Below, piece after piece: positions 11,571 to 25,063 of a DNA stretch of 64,000 nucleotides. The position numbers and the translations under genes are program-made. How positions within the stretch are numbered: position 1 is the first letter of the stretch; each line of letters begins with the position of its first letter. Source of the DNA: Epiperipatus broadwayi. Its lineage: Eukaryota > Animalia > Onychophora. The notes under the pieces were generated by a model that saw nothing but the letters and a program-made list of their open reading frames with translations, ran no database searches and had not been told where the DNA came from. The stretch is from positions 13,082,001 through 13,146,000 of the forward strand of contig JAQFVV010000003.1 in the NCBI GenBank assembly GCA_028023455.1. Reading direction: 5' to 3'.

Positions 11571-14077
11571 CTGACATATCAAAGTGACTGCCCTCTACTA
11601 GATTTTTCCTGGCTTGTGGCTACGATGCTATGCAATAAAGTGAAATAGGACAATATATTGTAAACAAATTAATTTTAAAAAACAAACTTATATTTAATTA
11701 CGTGAACTAAAATATATACAATAATTGTTGGCTACGTACATAGCTAATTTATAATTCTCGATTACACACATAGCTAAACATTTTTGATGACACGCTTTTA
11801 TGATAAAGCATTTGAGATATGATGAACACCAAAACTGGCAACATTAATTAATAATGTGCTTCCGAGAAAATAAAAACATTCCAGCAAAACTTAAATCAGC
11901 TATTCGAGCCACCAATATAGCAATCCTATCTGCAGATGTTAGGTTTTTCTTAGAATTGTAACAAAAGGCAGTTGCGCTAGTTTCTGATCGGTGTGTTAAA
12001 AATTTGTAGTTTTTTTTTATAACTCGTTTAAAAAATGTAAGTAAATGTAGTTGCAATTTTTTTAACATTTAAAGCCCTATTTTTAATACAGAAAATGTGA
12101 TTTCTAATGCTAAATAAAAAATGAAAGATTGATGACAAGGGAAGAAAATTTCAAGAAAGGTAAGAACTGAACTGTTTTTGTGTGGAAGTGAACGATAAGA
12201 TTTTGTGCTTAATTTGCCAAGAAACATTGGTGTCTCTAAAGAATACAGCATTAAGTGACATTATATCACGAAGAACAATTTTTGTGCTTTGAAGCAAAAA
12301 TAAGAATTAAAAACAATGAACAATTAATTCATTAAGTAGCCAGCAAGGAGTGCTTACAAAATTCATGAAAAGCAATGAATCAGTAACAAGAGCTAGTTAT
12401 GAAGTCTATTTATTAGCAAATCATTCACCAATGGTTCTTTAATTAAGGAATGTATGATAAAAGCTTCCGAATTTGTCTGTCCAGGAAAGGTACAGGCATT
12501 TTGAGACATTTCATTATCAAGAAATACAATGGCAGATAAAATTACTGAAATGGCAAGTGACATCACTTCACACCTGCAGGAAATATCTACCAAAATCCAG
12601 TTCTTTTCAATTATGATTGATGAAAGCATGTATATAAGAGATGTTGTACAAGTTGCTATTTTTTTTCATGGTTGCAGTAATAACATGAGGAACACTGAAG
12701 AATTGTTGCAATTCATCCCTCCTCATGGAACAACAACTGGTGAAGATATTTTTGATGCCATATGGAGCATTTTAGAAAAATTTAACTTTTCTCTTGACAA
12801 GCTTGTTTCTGTGACAACTGACTGCTAAATTGATGGGTGAAACTAAAGGTTTTGTGTCATGACTGACAAGAAAATTACAAGATGAGTATCCAGATAAACT
12901 GAAAATCAAAGATTTTCAGTGCCTCATTCACCAACAAGTTCTCTGTTTAAAATTATTAAAAATGGATTAAGTACTTAAACATTTACAAAGATAGTCAACT
13001 TTATTCAATCAAGAGCATTTAATCATCGCCAATTTACTTTGATCCTTAAAGATTTAGAATTCAAAGGTCTTCCTTATTACACAGAAGTTCGTTGGTTGTC
13101 CTGCCACTTTCTAAAGAGCTGTCTGCTTTTGGAGGAAATAATATTTTTTGAAATAAAAGATGAAAACAACAAAAATATATCTGTTATAAAAGATCCATTG
13201 TGGGTACAATACCTAGCATTTTTAACAGATATATCATCTGAATAATCTTAATATTACATTGCAAGGCAAAGGTCAATTGATAATGAATATGTATGATGCA
13301 GTTGCAAGCTTTGCACAAAAACTGAATTTGTTTAAAAATCATTTGCAAAAGAACGTTTTGACATTTTCCTACATGTGAGCAATTAAAAGTGCAAAATCAA
13401 AATTGCTCATTTTCACAAATAAAAAACGAATTCGATAAATGTTTTGATGATTTCAAGGAATTAGAAGAAATTTTTTCTCTTTTCAATGAACCTTTTGCCT
13501 TTGAAGTTGAAAAAGCTCCGACTTTGATACAACTGGAATTGATTGATTTTCAGAATGATCAGATTTTAAAAAACAAATATCGAGAAGTAGGTACTCCTAA
13601 AATATATTCCTATTTAGGTGAAAGATACCTGGAAATTAAAAAATTTGCTGCACAAATTTTATGCTTTTTTGGAAGTACATAATTATGTGAGCAATTATTT
13701 TCATACTTGAAATTAAATAAAACAGCTTCAGATCAAGATTACCTGACAAACATCTATACCATAATGAAAATTGTTTGTTCTCAGTCTTTGAATCCAGATA
13801 TCGGAAAAGCAGTAGGAGGAAAGCGCTGACAAGTTTCCAGTAAAAACAAATTGTAGTTTTGTAAATATATAATCAAATCAAATAAATGTTTAAATAAAAG
13901 CAATACTATATCAATTTATATTATTGTAGTGTATTCACTAATCTACATAATATGCTTTAATTACCCCACCTATATTCCTGAATTCTCACTTCAAAATAAA
14001 AATTTTAAGAAAATTTGTATGATGCGGCCTGCGAGAATCTTACTTGGCCTGTTGTTTGAATGAGTTTGACACGCCTG
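11571..14077 (+). mobile_element. hAT transposon (Charlie/Buster group, GTF2IRD2/SPIN-like transposase), pseudogenised
   Basis: Perfect 8 bp TSD ATCTACTC (11563-11570 and 14078-14085). Right end ...gcggcctgcg...GAGTTTGACACGCCTG with a degenerate left TIR. Transposase fragments at about 12090-13830 include FSIMIDES...VQVAIF, HCLIHQQVLC-like, YYTEVRWLS and FGSTY-like motifs, broken by stops and frameshifts. Confidence 0.93.
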
Positions 14078-15589
14078 ATCTACTCCATTCTTCAGCCCTT
14101 CACACCATTGATAATCTTATAATAAAATGCCCAAATTTCTTGCCTTGACTTTTAAGTCATTCTGACCCTTCATGTATAGGACTTTATCCATTTAAATGCA
14201 CAGAAGAGGGATGGGCAGGATACAATCTGAATCTTTAATATTCGAAATATAAGTATAATTTATATACTTGGAGTTTAGATGTTACTATAAGGGATTTAAA
14301 CACAGACTTTCAAACTCCCTTCAGTGATCCATTTGACATCTAAAGTCAAAGTATATAAATTATACTTGTATTTCAAATAAATGTCTTTCTACATCTGTCA
14401 ATATGAATTCCAGCAGTCAATATTTTATATCACTTGTGATAATGAATATCCTGCAACTAGCATCTGTTAATATGTGGAACATCAAAAATTTATTGTATTC
14501 TTGTAATTTTAAAAAAAAAAATCCTCTTCACTTGAGTATTCCAAGCATTTTATGAAGTTTCATTCTCTTTGATTTTTTTACCTTCATTGTTAATTAATGT
14601 TAGTCTTAATCGACATTTCTTTTTATAACAATTTTTTTTTTACTACCTTCCTTATAGTAAGTCTCCTTGTGTTTTCTGCTACAATAAATTAATATCCTAT
14701 AATATTGAAGATTGTTTAAATAAAATACATAGATGAGATTTTTTTTTTTTGAAAGTTCTTTTCTAGGTTTGGAAGCCACTAATGCAAAAATAGCAATATA
14801 CTACTTGTTTTTGAAAATATAAGCCAATTTCTGTTTTTTAATTTTGTTTGATTTTATATGGTAAAAATAATCTAATGGCAAACCTCATATATTTGATTCC
14901 TACTATTAAACCATAACTTTAATTCTATTTTTGCAATAGATGAACTAGATCAATTTAGTAAATTCTTTTCATTACTATCTTCAGTTTTTTTTAAATTAAT
15001 TATCTGTAATATCTTCAGTACTTTTATTTCTAACGTTTTTTTTATTAAAGATTGTCTCAAATTTCAATATTGGGGTTATATGAAGATCAGCATATTGTGA
15101 GATATCAATGCAAGATATTTTTGTGAAAGTCAAATTTGTCTTTAGATCTTTTTAATGTTTTTTGTTGTTTGCTGGGAATTAATATCTTTGTTTTTTTTTA
15201 CCCTAAATAAAATTATTTTGAATCTTTGTGTGTAACTGTTTTCTTTTATCATGAATGAAATTGGTAAAATATAATTTAAAAAAATGAATAAAAGTATTAA
15301 TTATTTTTCAAACAAAAATAGTAATTTTTGTAAACTTAATTAAAATCGAACCATATTTTTATAAATTATATATAAAATCAAACGATTTATTGCTGAAATT
15401 CATAAGAAGTTCAAGATCTGGAACATCTATCGCTTTATTACTGCATCAAATCGTGTACAGTTACAAATTGAATTTTAAAAAATATAGTCTATAATTCACT
15501 TACCAATAGGCAGTTTCATAAATATAGAGCAGTGTTTCTTAACTGACTACACGCTGCAGAGCAATAAATTTTTTTAAGTTCAATTAATC

Positions 15590-17030
15590 TCTAGCCTTTT
15601 TTCCACATTATCCCAGCACATTTTCTTCTTTCATCCACCAATTTCACGTGTAATCTCTTTCTAGGTTTTTTTACAATCTCTTGGAATCCAGTTTAAGATT
15701 TCAACTATCCATCTATTATCTCTTAGCAATATGTCCAAATCAATTCCACTTCAGTTTCTTAATTCTTTCAATAATGTCAGTAACATCTGTTTGTTCTCTC
15801 ACCTATGTATTTCATTTTCAGTTGTTACTTCCATTATGTAACCATACTTCGTTGAATGGTCTGAAGTCTCTGTATTGCTCTTCTGTTAAGTATCCAAGAA
15901 TCAAATCCACATAAGTAAGGAACTGATAAAACACATTTATTAAAACCTTTTTAAATAATTAATATTTATTTTTATCAAAAACAATCTAACCAAGTTTAAT
16001 TGTATGATTAATTTTATTCATTATATTTCTACCTGTAGTCATAATCTGACCAAGGTACTTGTAGTTGTTAACTTCTAACTCATCATTATCAATCTTTATT
16101 TTCTTTTGAGATAACTATCGCAACATTTCCTGAAACTAAATCCACATGACCTAAATATAAATAATCTGCATTTACTTTTACTCCCTTAGTTTCCTATTTT
16201 CATTCACAAAATACTTGCAAAACTGCTGTAAAAATTTTTGGAGATATAGACTTATCCTAACATGCACTCTACCCAATGTTAATCTTTTTGGTATCATTAT
16301 GTAATCTAATTGTTGCTATTGCATTTTTATAAATATTCCTCAGAATATGACAATATGCTGGGTCTATACCTTGATAATCCAATGCTTGAATCACTAAAGA
16401 AATGCTTATAGAATCAAATGTCTTTTCATAATCTACAAATCCAAAATATAATGGCAACTCATTTTTATTGCTCATTTTTATAACTTCTCTCAATACTTTG
16501 ATATGATCCATTGTATTAAAACCACTTTTAAATCCAAACTTGTTTTTTTGGTTGATTAAAATTCAAAGTTTGCTGTAGACAAGTTCTAATTATTTTGGTA
16601 AAAATTTTGTGTAGAATTAATAAAAGACTGATAGATCTGTAATTTCTAATATCTATCATTTTTTTTAAATATTAATATGGCATTCTTTCAATCATCTGGT
16701 AACATCTTTATCATTAAGATATTTGGTATATAACTGTCAAAAAAATTTCTATTTCTTCATTTGCTTTAAGATATTTATTATAATTCCATCATTATCTAGA
16801 GTTTTTTCTTTCTTCATAAATTTAATTGCATTTCTCACTTCAGTTAAAATCTTAGGCAATTCAGATGTATTAGTTGCAAGAGGTATTTTTCCTTATTGAT
16901 ATATAATTCTTGATAGAACTCTTCACATTTCATAATGTCATCTCTCTTTTTAGTAATAGTTTAATCTTTTTGTCTTATTGCAGAAATAAATTTTCTACTA
17001 ATACCAAGTTGTTTTACACTCTTTAATATA
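15590..17030 (-). mobile_element. decayed RTE-clade LINE (RT region and 3' end)
   Basis: Minus-strand ORF DHIKVLREVIKMSNKNELPLYFGFVDYEKTFDSIS...ALDYQGIDPAYCHILRNIY is typical of RTE RT. Further decayed RT sequence (YKYLGQI-like, W.P...KR..GRP) lies toward 15650. Confidence 0.85.
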
Positions 17031-17039
17031 TATAGTATT

Positions 17040-19350
17040 TAACAAATTTAATATATATTTTAAAGAATGATGAAAAAACAATAATCGACAAAAGTAAATT
17101 AACAAAATATTTAATAATAAAATCTGAAAAAACCCAAAGAATATTTAAATAACTGAGTGAAACATAATTATAAACCAAAAACTAATGTGATTGTTGCTTA
17201 TTCTTTTCAGTAATTAATTTATCAAGTCTTGGAGATATATTCGTGATTGCTAAGTGCAAAACCGGATTTATTAATAAACAATTTCTTATGATTTTTCCGA
17301 AAATAATGATTCACATAAGTGTATATCCGAAAACAATAGTAACACTCTTAAGATTTATGTGATATTCGATTTTAATTTTAACCCAAAATTGAGTTATATT
17401 TATCAAATTAAATAATAACTTTAATGCAGGGTGACCAACCTGTGCCTGCGGACACCATGGTGCCCGCAGACCATTTTATGTATGCTCGCCGCTATCTGAA
17501 CATGATAAATTATTTATCTGATACAAATAAATTTAGTTTTTAAGATTTCTTATAAATTAATGTATTGTATTGTAATCAAATTGTAGGTCATACTGTACTT
17601 TTACAGCGTAAAAGGGTCTATCATTAACAATATCCAACTATAAATTCACATTGAAAAAATAAATGGTGCCTGCCACCTGGCTGGTATTATAGAATGTGCT
17701 CTTAAGTACAAAAAGGTTGGGGACTGCTGCTTTAAGGTATCATTGCAACTTAAGTCTTAATTTTCCTATTCCAAATCAGGTTATTTTCTTGTTCAATAAA
17801 TGGATTTAAAATGCACATAATTGCTTTTCCGTGTGTTTTTTCCTGTGGATAATATTGATCAAATGCACATCAAAATCCTGTTAAATGTTCATAAACAGTA
17901 TTTTTCAATTCGCTGATGTTTATATCAACATTTATCAATTCTGAAAAATGAATAAAATATTGTTTTTTCTTCTACATGCTTAACAAGAAAATTTTAACTT
18001 TTTTTTTGAATGCCTCAATTTTATTCCATAAATCAAAAGTAGTGCTATTTCCTTACAGGCTTAAATTTAGTTCATTCATTAATGAAAATATGACTGACAA
18101 GTAAGTCAGTTTAGCAATCCAATTGTCACAGAAAATATTACTCAATTCTGAATGTTTTGTTTCTAGAAATATTTTAACTTTTTTTCTTAATATATAAAGT
18201 ATTGTTAATATTTTCTTTCTTGACAACCATTGCAATTCTGCATGAAGTAGCCATTTCATTGCATAAACTTGAAAATAGTCTTGAATTTAGTGTGTTGCAT
18301 TTAATATAAATTTTATTGATTAAGAACTGTTTAAATCAGGAAGCAATTTTTTAGCAGTTAAATGTTCGCAATGTTTAACATAATAAGTAAAAATTATTTA
18401 GTCATCTGCCATTTTTATTTATTTGCATTTCTTGAATGTTTTCCAATCATACTTGCCACTACATAAGCCAACACATTTTTTCAATTGAGTTGTATGATTA
18501 GGAAGTTCAACACAACAAAAAAATTCTTTTATATAACTGATTTCATAACAAATATAAAAATATGGTTTTATTGGTAACATCTGTAGATTTGTCTATTTGA
18601 ATTGCAAATAATGATTTGTTATTTTTTGAATTAATTGATCTTCAGCATCAGTTGCTAATTTACTAAATCTACATTGAATAGTATCGTTAGAAAGTGGCTA
18701 GGTTTTTATTCTGTTTCCAGTAACCATATCTAGGATTTCAGATTACTTATCTGTTAAACATGATTCAATTAAGTTTTCAGCAACAGAGTATTGCTTTTTG
18801 TGCATAGCGTATTTACAAGAGACTTATTGACTAAAAATTTTTTTAAAAGATAATTTTTGTTCTTTCAATTAACAAAAAAATACAGTGCTTATTTTGTAGA
18901 TTTGAATGTTTAGTCTGTAAATGATATATTAATTTTGCTGTCTTCATACATTCTTCGTAAAAAATTTATCTGCAAATAACACATTGAGGTCTGGGTAAAT
19001 TTTCCATCTTAGGCCAAGAAATGAAAACAAATTTTAAAAAAATCAGGATTCAATTGACAAAAAACAGTACATCTTTATTTTGCCTAAGGTAAATCATTTT
19101 GTGAATAAATTAACATTTTCATTAGCATTCAAAGTACTTGGTTTTTGGAAAAAGTCTGCAGTAGCTTTTGATGTTTTCTTATTTATTTTTAAACAACTAA
19201 AATTTGTCAAAAAAATAAACATACTTTAACTTATAGTACACATCTATTACATAATAATTCCTATTGCTACATACCCGTGCAATTCCGATTGGCTGGCTAT
19301 GGCAAACTACATAGTACATAAGACTGACAACTGTTAGGTTATTTTTGTAT
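17040..19350 (-). mobile_element. decayed hAT transposon (Buster/ZBED5/SCAND3-like transposase)
   Basis: Minus-strand LLHAELQWLSRKKIL...WIAKLTYLSVIFSLMNELNLSL, and a C-terminus ...LAITNISPRLDKLI..KNKQQSH* ending near 17185. Element ends were not resolved; a possible terminus CAGTGTTTCTTAAC at 15530 lies beyond the RTE insertion. Confidence 0.85.
17427..17729. mobile_element. hAT (Buster-type) MITE, 303 bp, inserted in the Buster transposase remnant
   Basis: Ends CAGGGTGACCAACC... and ...GGTTGGGGACTGCTG. 8 bp TSD CTTTAATG / CTTTAAGG (7/8 match, central TA). Confidence 0.8.
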
Positions 19351-22129
19351 ATACTAAAATTCCATCTCAACACATGAAATGTACATGGGTAAAATTGATA
19401 ATGGAGCAGTGTTTTTACTGCAAGATGACTGATATTAGGAAATATAAACTTTTTTGCATTTCTATTAGTGTTTTGTTTTTTAGTTTATTTTCTATGAATA
19501 AAACAACAAAATGCATAACTTCAAAGTCTACTTTGAGAATTGGAATATTCTATAAATACAGAAATATATGAAAATCTGAAAGAACAAAATTGAAACAATT
19601 TGTATAGTGAGGTTTTGTATTTTTTGAATAATTATAACTATCTTTCATTTAAATATATGTTGAACATACTGGAAAAAATGCGAAAATGACAATATGCATT
19701 TTAACTAATCTATTTTTTTAATTTGACCATATTTTTTTTTTTATAAGATCCCAAATCAAATAACTAATGATCAGTAATCAATTATGCATTAATTCAACAA
19801 TTACTATTTGTAAAATGAATTTATATATATATCCATACAAATGTAATCCTTTAAGATATATATTGTTTCTTATACAGTAGTCATTTTCCAGTAACTTACT
19901 ATTGTCTATTATTTCGAGTTATGTATAATTTGATTGATTAAATATATATGTATGTGTGTGTGTATTTTTCAAATACTGTTTAAAATTTAGTTATCATATA
20001 TTGGTATAGAACTTTATATAATATTTATAGTGGCTTACAATATTTTTTCATAGTTTTATTAATTTCAAAGTAATAGGTTTTATGTTATCTTCATAATTTA
20101 TTTTATTTTAGTATTGATAAAATATACAAATGGAACTTATTTTGAAACACATTTTTTCACATCTCTTTTATGATCATTTTCTCCATTTTTCATAGATTTA
20201 ACCCAATTGAAAATATATATTTTAAAACATCTTGGGTATATTATTGTGCCCTACATCAATTTTATTTTGAGTTCTATTAATTTGCCTTGTATTGTTTACT
20301 AAATAATCATTTTTTATTATTTGCTAATGCAATTCTATAATTTTTTTTATTATGTTCTTTACTGCACTGTATATCTTTTATATAGTATTTTCTTCTAATT
20401 CTTTTTTTATATTTAAATTATTTTTATTGTAATTAAATATATTATAAATTAATTTATAATTAAATCAATGATATATATTTATATCAATAGTGTCATGGAA
20501 ACATGTTTGAAGATCATGAATTCTCAAAAAATTTATGTGTAACAGTAAAAAAATGTTTTCTTTACAACATTACAGCTCAGTAAAACTAAGCTAGTTTTAC
20601 CTAAATTTGAACTGGGAATAATGTATGGTGCACTAGTTTTCTTAAAATGACCCCATTAGCTTCCATATGAAACTAGGCAAAAAATTGGTCTTGTATCTTA
20701 TATTTATATTAAACCAACAGGAATTATGTTAGAGAAATATTACCCATAAAAAATAATTTTCACATTTATTGCTATTATAAAACAAAATTAGTAGTGTTTG
20801 GATTACTTTATCTGGTAGTAGTTGCATTAGGTGAAATTAATCCAGTGAAAATTAAAAACTTCAAATTGTTATTTTCTAAATTATGTGTTTCATTATATTT
20901 CGTAATTAGTCAAAAAAATTTAGAGTCATATAAAAATTCTGCCTAAAAAACAGTGTGAATACAAATAAGTTACTATTGCTATATGCAGTTATAACAAAAT
21001 AAAGTTTTTGTTTATAATTTTTATTTAAATTAGAAATTCATTTCTTTTTCATTTACAATGTTTAATTGTATTGTTAATTGTTGGCATAATGACTGTAAAG
21101 ATTCAATTTTGCTATTTTATTTTTTTTTTTGATATCCGTATTTTTCATATTGTTTTACTGTTAGATATATATATCAACAAAATTTAAAGAATTTGTAAAA
21201 AAAAATTAAAATAAATTTAATTCATTGTTATTTATTTTTTTAAAATTAATATTCTTTTGTATGCAATAATGTATCATCAATATATTATTATTATAAAAAC
21301 ATTTTTTCTATTTATAGAACTATTATAAAGCTCATCATTTAAACCAATTGTTAATAATTTTCCCATAACTTTTTAAAATAACAATAAACATTCTTGTGTT
21401 TTTAGAATTTGAATTTCTGATGTTTTTATTATTATTATTAAATCTTCCCTCTTCTTTGTACTCTAATGACATTTGTCTGTTGCTATAACTTGACTTGAGC
21501 CAACTGATTCAGCATGAAGTGCAAATCTGAGATTATTTGTCCTTTTCAAGTGTTCATGGGTTTCAAGAATATATGATGGAATAGTAGTTTTAAATATATA
21601 GTGAAGATATTATACATAGAAAAAATGAGATCAAGTGTTATTATTCTATGGGTTTATGTTTAATTAAAAAATAAATACAATATTTTTTATCTTTAGCAAA
21701 TAATTAGTAATAATCATTAATAGATTTGTCTAAAGTGGCTGGTGTCAAATGTATGTGTATATATATATTAAAGCAAAGCACTACAATTAACTTCAAATTC
21801 TTAAAATACCAACATTAAATAAATAAATAACAGTTATGATTACTTTAACTGCAATACTTCTATTTAAGATTGTATTTATTTTTTTTAAGCCAGTTATAAT
21901 TATTATTTATTTATTGATATATTTAAAATTGTAAAGATAATTTCAGTTTTTTATATTGTTTGAAAAATTTTAATAATGGTATTGTAGTTGTATATGTAGG
22001 ACTACTTCCATCATCTAATATTAATTGGTAAATGTAGTAGAAAAATTCAGACTTTATTTAATTATATTCATCTGTTAGTAATAGCTCACAAGTTAATATA
22101 ACAACAATTTGAATGTTACTGGCCTGACT

Positions 22130-23000
22130 AATATTACTAACATGAAATTGAACAGAGATCTTTAGATTTATAAATATTGAATTTAAGGTGCCCTCCAATT
22201 AATTCAACTATTCTGTCAAAAACAACAGTTTTATATATTTATCTATGACAGTCCTGATTTCTTTTTTATAAATTATCACACTAGGTTGAATTATGAGTAG
22301 TTTTTTTCATTTTTTTTCTTTGTGATTTTTCCTCTCTGTTCAATATTTTTGTCTTTTTATAAATGAACATTTCTTCATAGATACATACATATTCTGTTAC
22401 TTTAATATATATATACCTGTTTTCCATTTTTAGTCATCATTCTGTGTTCATGTAATTGCTTTTCAATGGGTTGATTGGTTTTGCCATTATACATTTTTTT
22501 GCATTCACATGATATTTCTTAAATGCAGTTTTTGTTTTTCACTATTTCAATTTAGGCTTCGTCGAGATTAGGATTCCTCATAGTGGGCTATAGCTTTGGA
22601 AAACTGTTATACTGATTGCAGATTTTCTTTAAATTGTCTGCTATTCCTTATATGCACAAACATATTAAAATATTTTTTTATTTTTAATGTTCCTTTTAAT
22701 GTCTATGTAAGATTTACTTAATGTTAGATGATGGATAACCTTTCTTTTGAGAGTTTGTTTTATGTCTTTTCTTTTTCTTAATCACTGGTTTCTGAACAAT
22801 TGTTTTTGCCTTTTTTCATAATAATTTATCATTTATGTTTCTGTCATAATTAGATAGATGTAGTTTTAATTTTGTTGTGAGGGAGTCTTGTCATAAGAAT
22901 ATCTAAAAGTAACCAATATTTGTTCTCATTCTAATTCTATTGTGAATTTAATTGAAAGAGATACATTATTGATGTATGCCCAGAAAGGTTTATAATAATG
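22130..23000 (-). mobile_element. Penelope-like element fragment (RT C-terminus plus GIY-YIG endonuclease), decayed
   Basis: The minus strand translates to FLG.INNVS.SIKFTIE.E....TFLDILMTR...IKTT and EI.CEC.KMYNGKTNQPIEKQLHEHR. DNA is similar to 24050-25050 and 63360-63900. Confidence 0.75.
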
Positions 23001-24394
23001 TCTCACCATGTGGTCATACAACAAATGTATCATTAACATAGCAAAGTCACACTTAAGGTGATTGTTGAGTAGTATTTATGAATATGCTTTCAAGTTTTTT
23101 CATTTAAATGTTGCTAATCAGGAGTGATAGTGTGAACCTATATGTTATCAGAGTGTAGAATGTTAAGAGTCTCATTTGTTCTGTTTTGTAAGCTGTTATT
23201 TTCATTTAATCTTTTTATAACAATATTTACATTCCAATAAACATCATAAAGAAGAAATTTTGTCATGTTTTGACAAAGTGAATTTATAGAAACTAACCGT
23301 AGTTCTTAATAGGATGCAGGATTTATGAATTCTAGTTAATACAAAAAAAAATAGTAAAAAGTTCTAGGCCATTTACAAAAACAAAGTTACAAACATTATT
23401 TAGAAAGCATTATAGCTATTTCACTGATTCAAAAAAAAAAATTTATATTTCAGTAAAAAAAACCATCTACTTATGGTACACCTAAAATCCATAAGAACTA
23501 CTTTCCAATAAGACCTGCTGTTAATTTTAGAAAATTACCTTGTCAAAAGTTGGCAAGATTTCTTCTGAAGGTTCTTAGTTCTTCGACTTACAAGACATAA
23601 TTCTTTATCAGAGATTCTAGCTACTTTGAAAAATTAAATGAAAAATAGAAAGATCTAATATCTTAACAATTTTTGATGTGGGAAGTTTTTTCAAATAAAA
23701 GTACCTTGTGATGTAGCACTGTCTATTTAAGGAAAAGATTGAATGAGGATAATAGCATACAAAAGACTGCTCTCATTATAATGGAACATTTAACATTCTG
23801 TATAACAGCAACATACTTTTTATACATTACAGAATTTTTCTAACAAAATCAAGGGATAATTATGTACTCAACATTCTTACCCTTGATTAGCAACATTTAT
23901 ATGGAAGAACTTGAAACTTCAGTCATAAATATTACTCCATATCCACTTAAAGTTTGGCTTTGTTATGACAATGATATATTTGTTGTATGACTATATGATA
24001 AAGCACTGTTACAAACATATTAGAAATACATCTATAATATATCCCCTTCAATTAAATTCTCAATAGAATCAAAACAGGGACTAAAACTGACATTAGATGG
24101 CAAAATCAAAACTACAGTTTACAGAAAAACCCCACATACAGAAAAATATTTAGTATGTATATTCAGTCATGCATGTTACAAACACAAAACATGGAGTTAT
24201 ATTATTTTTATGCAACAGAATAAAAGATTGTTTATAAACCAATGATTTGGAGAAACAACTTTCATAGAACAAACACACATAAAGAATGGCTATCCATCAA
24301 CTAACATTAAGAAAATCTTAAATTGACAACAAGAGGAAGCATCAAAAGAAAAAAATTATAGATACTATAGTGTAACCATGTTTACCAGAGATAA

Positions 24395-24627
24395 TAAACA
24401 TCACATGACCACCACTTCTTATGCCTGTGTATAGCTGTTGTTAAAACAGGCAAAACTCACTATACGTATTGCCACACACAGCAAGCTCGAAGGCCACCCG
24501 CCAGAAATTAGTCTGGGGATATTAGATGAGTAGGCACTAGATGGGGATTTTATGCACAAGCCTTCTGGCATCCATTGATTACTCTAGCTTGCTGTGTGTG
24601 GCAATACATATAGTGAGTTTTGCCTGT
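24395..24627. mobile_element. short family Y insertion with inverted arms, inside the PLE
   Basis: 14 bp TSD TTTACCAGAGATAA (24381-24394 and 24628-24641). Sequence is homologous to 4795-5570, and arm 24447-24487 is the reverse complement of 24585-24626. Confidence 0.85.
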
Positions 24628-25063
24628 TTTACCAGAGATAACAGAAAAACTTTAAAAAATCTGGAAACAATATATCAACAGCTTTCCAAAGCCATAGCTC
24701 ACTACAATAAATTCTAACTTCTGAAGAACCTAACCCTGAAATGCTGTAAAACAAAAATTGCATTTATAAAATTATATGTGAATGTACAAAGATCTATAAT
24801 GATGAAACAAATCACTCTAATGAAAAATGATTAAAAGAACAAACTGATGATTAAAATGGAAAAACTGATATATTTAAGCTATCAGTCCATGTAGGTACCA
24901 AAAAATATGTTTGATTAGGAAAAAACAAATATTGAATAAAGACGAAAATTTTAAAAAGCTGCTCACATGATAATGGCAAATAATCCCATTTTAAAATGAA
25001 TATTTACAAATCTAAATATCACTGTTCAATTCATATACTAATACTGTAATTGGTCATATCAGC

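Larger units (their letters stand above)
11353..14375 (-). mobile_element. non-coding hammerhead-bearing 'family X1' element (~510 bp on its own), split by a later hAT insertion
   Basis: 13 bp TSD with one mismatch (AATAATTGTCTTT 11340-11352, AATAAATGTCTTT 14376-14388). The segment gaacacagactttc..cttcagtgatcc occurs at both 11360-11397 and 14295-14332. 14335-14375 is an inverted copy of 14240-14285. The body is homologous to 57205-57640. Confidence 0.8.
7455..15030 (+). repeat. copy 2 of the tandem segmental duplication, expanded by LINE, family-X and hAT insertions
   Basis: See copy 1. Flanks of each insertion realign to copy 1. Confidence 0.85.
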
